From the NCBI GenBank assembly GCA_963708435.1, contig CAVPSZ010000023.1, positions 72,765 to 136,764 on the forward strand: 64,000 nucleotides of DNA, in the 5' to 3' direction. Shown here piece by piece: positions 63,625-64,000 of this stretch. A program made the translations under genes and the position numbers. Within the stretch, counting starts at the first letter, position 1, and the number at the start of each line of letters is the position of its first letter. The notes under the pieces are model-generated. The model was not told the DNA's origin, made no database searches, and worked only from the letters and a program-made list of their open reading frames with translations. The stretch comes from an uncultured Bacteroidales bacterium (GTDB taxonomy: Bacteria > Bacteroidota > Bacteroidia > Bacteroidales > JAADJA01).

Positions 63625-63801
63625 TCCTGTGATTTCCAGGAGTAATAAGATTTTTCATACGTTATGATTTGAATTATTATTTGCCTTTTTATTTGAACGT
63701 ACAAAAGTATTTACCTGAAAAGCAAATTTCTTTAGGAATACAGGAGTGGTAATGTTGAAGAAAGAAATGGTAAGAATGAAGTGCTGGCTGGTTTTATCAG
63801 G

Positions 63802-64000
63802 TTAAGTCCGGATTGTCCTTAAAGGAATTTTAAAACTAACCCTTGTCCCGGGAGAGGGTTGACCGGGAAGAACTTCGCTGAACTGAATTTCAAACTTCAG
63901 CTTGTGTTGTTTGCAGATAAGGTTGAGTCTTTTTTGGGTGGTCTCCATCCCGATGCTGACATGATCATGCTTCGTAAAATATTGACCCGACTGTTTCATC
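63802..64000 (-). CDS. sensor histidine kinase, C-terminal end (gene continues beyond the right edge)
   Basis: ...SIGMETTQKRLNLICKQHKLKFEIQFSEVLPGQPSPGTRVSFKIPL resembles the G2-box and end of the HATPase_c domain of LytS/LytTR-associated kinases (GIGL.N...RL.L.Y). Confidence 0.5.
   Translation of the reverse strand, partial: MKQSGQYFTKHDHVSIGMETTQKRLNLICKQHKLKFEIQFSEVLPGQPSPGTRVSFKIPLRTIRT

Overview
A low-GC (about 40% by eye) chromosome segment that looks like Bacteroidota. The evidence is several proteins ending in T9SS Por_Secre_tail sorting domains ('IYPNPA...' tails), a FISUMP-domain protein, the divergent tsaD/tamB pair, and a TTTG / TAnnTTTG-type promoter.

The left ~44 kb is ordinary housekeeping and envelope content:
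- Translation and tRNA modification: serS (partial), rpmA, rplU, tsaD.
- Envelope and membrane: tamB, a TonB-like protein, an SPFH cluster, and an ECF sigma factor next to an operon with two L,D-transpeptidases.
- Metabolism and other: a GH31 glycosidase, pabA/pabB, ssb, and an arsR remnant with arsM.
- Several T9SS cargo proteins.

The right ~20 kb (44067-63624) holds three consecutive giant, repeat-rich surface-protein genes plus one smaller beta-helix gene, all on the minus strand. Each is broken into many reading-frame fragments.
- Gene A is ~8.0 kb and contains about 16.5 tandem copies of a 210-bp unit.
- Gene B is ~3.4 kb and contains five GEVED domains.
- Gene C is ~6.1 kb and ends in a T9SS tail.
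- Genes A and B share a ~230-aa 'HRNHL' C-terminal module that differs from the canonical T9SS tails elsewhere in the window.

I count roughly 30 frame disruptions, and they are strongly clustered. None fall in 5.3-20.3 kb, while 20 or more fall in 44-63.6 kb. Real gene decay or contingency-type variation is therefore as plausible as sequencing error.

Intergenic DNA carries several GC-rich palindromic or REP-like elements:
- a 236-bp nested inverted repeat with a perfect 44-bp palindrome;
- a four-helix-bundle (23S IVS-type) gene flanked by inverted heptamer arrays;
- clusters of an ATTGACTAA motif.

I saw no rRNA, tRNA, CRISPR array, transposase, integrase or recognisable defence system. The most novel candidates are the shared HRNHL C-terminal module, the 70-aa solenoid repeat family, and the structured intergenic elements.

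All calls rest on reading the translations and the sequence. No database search was run.
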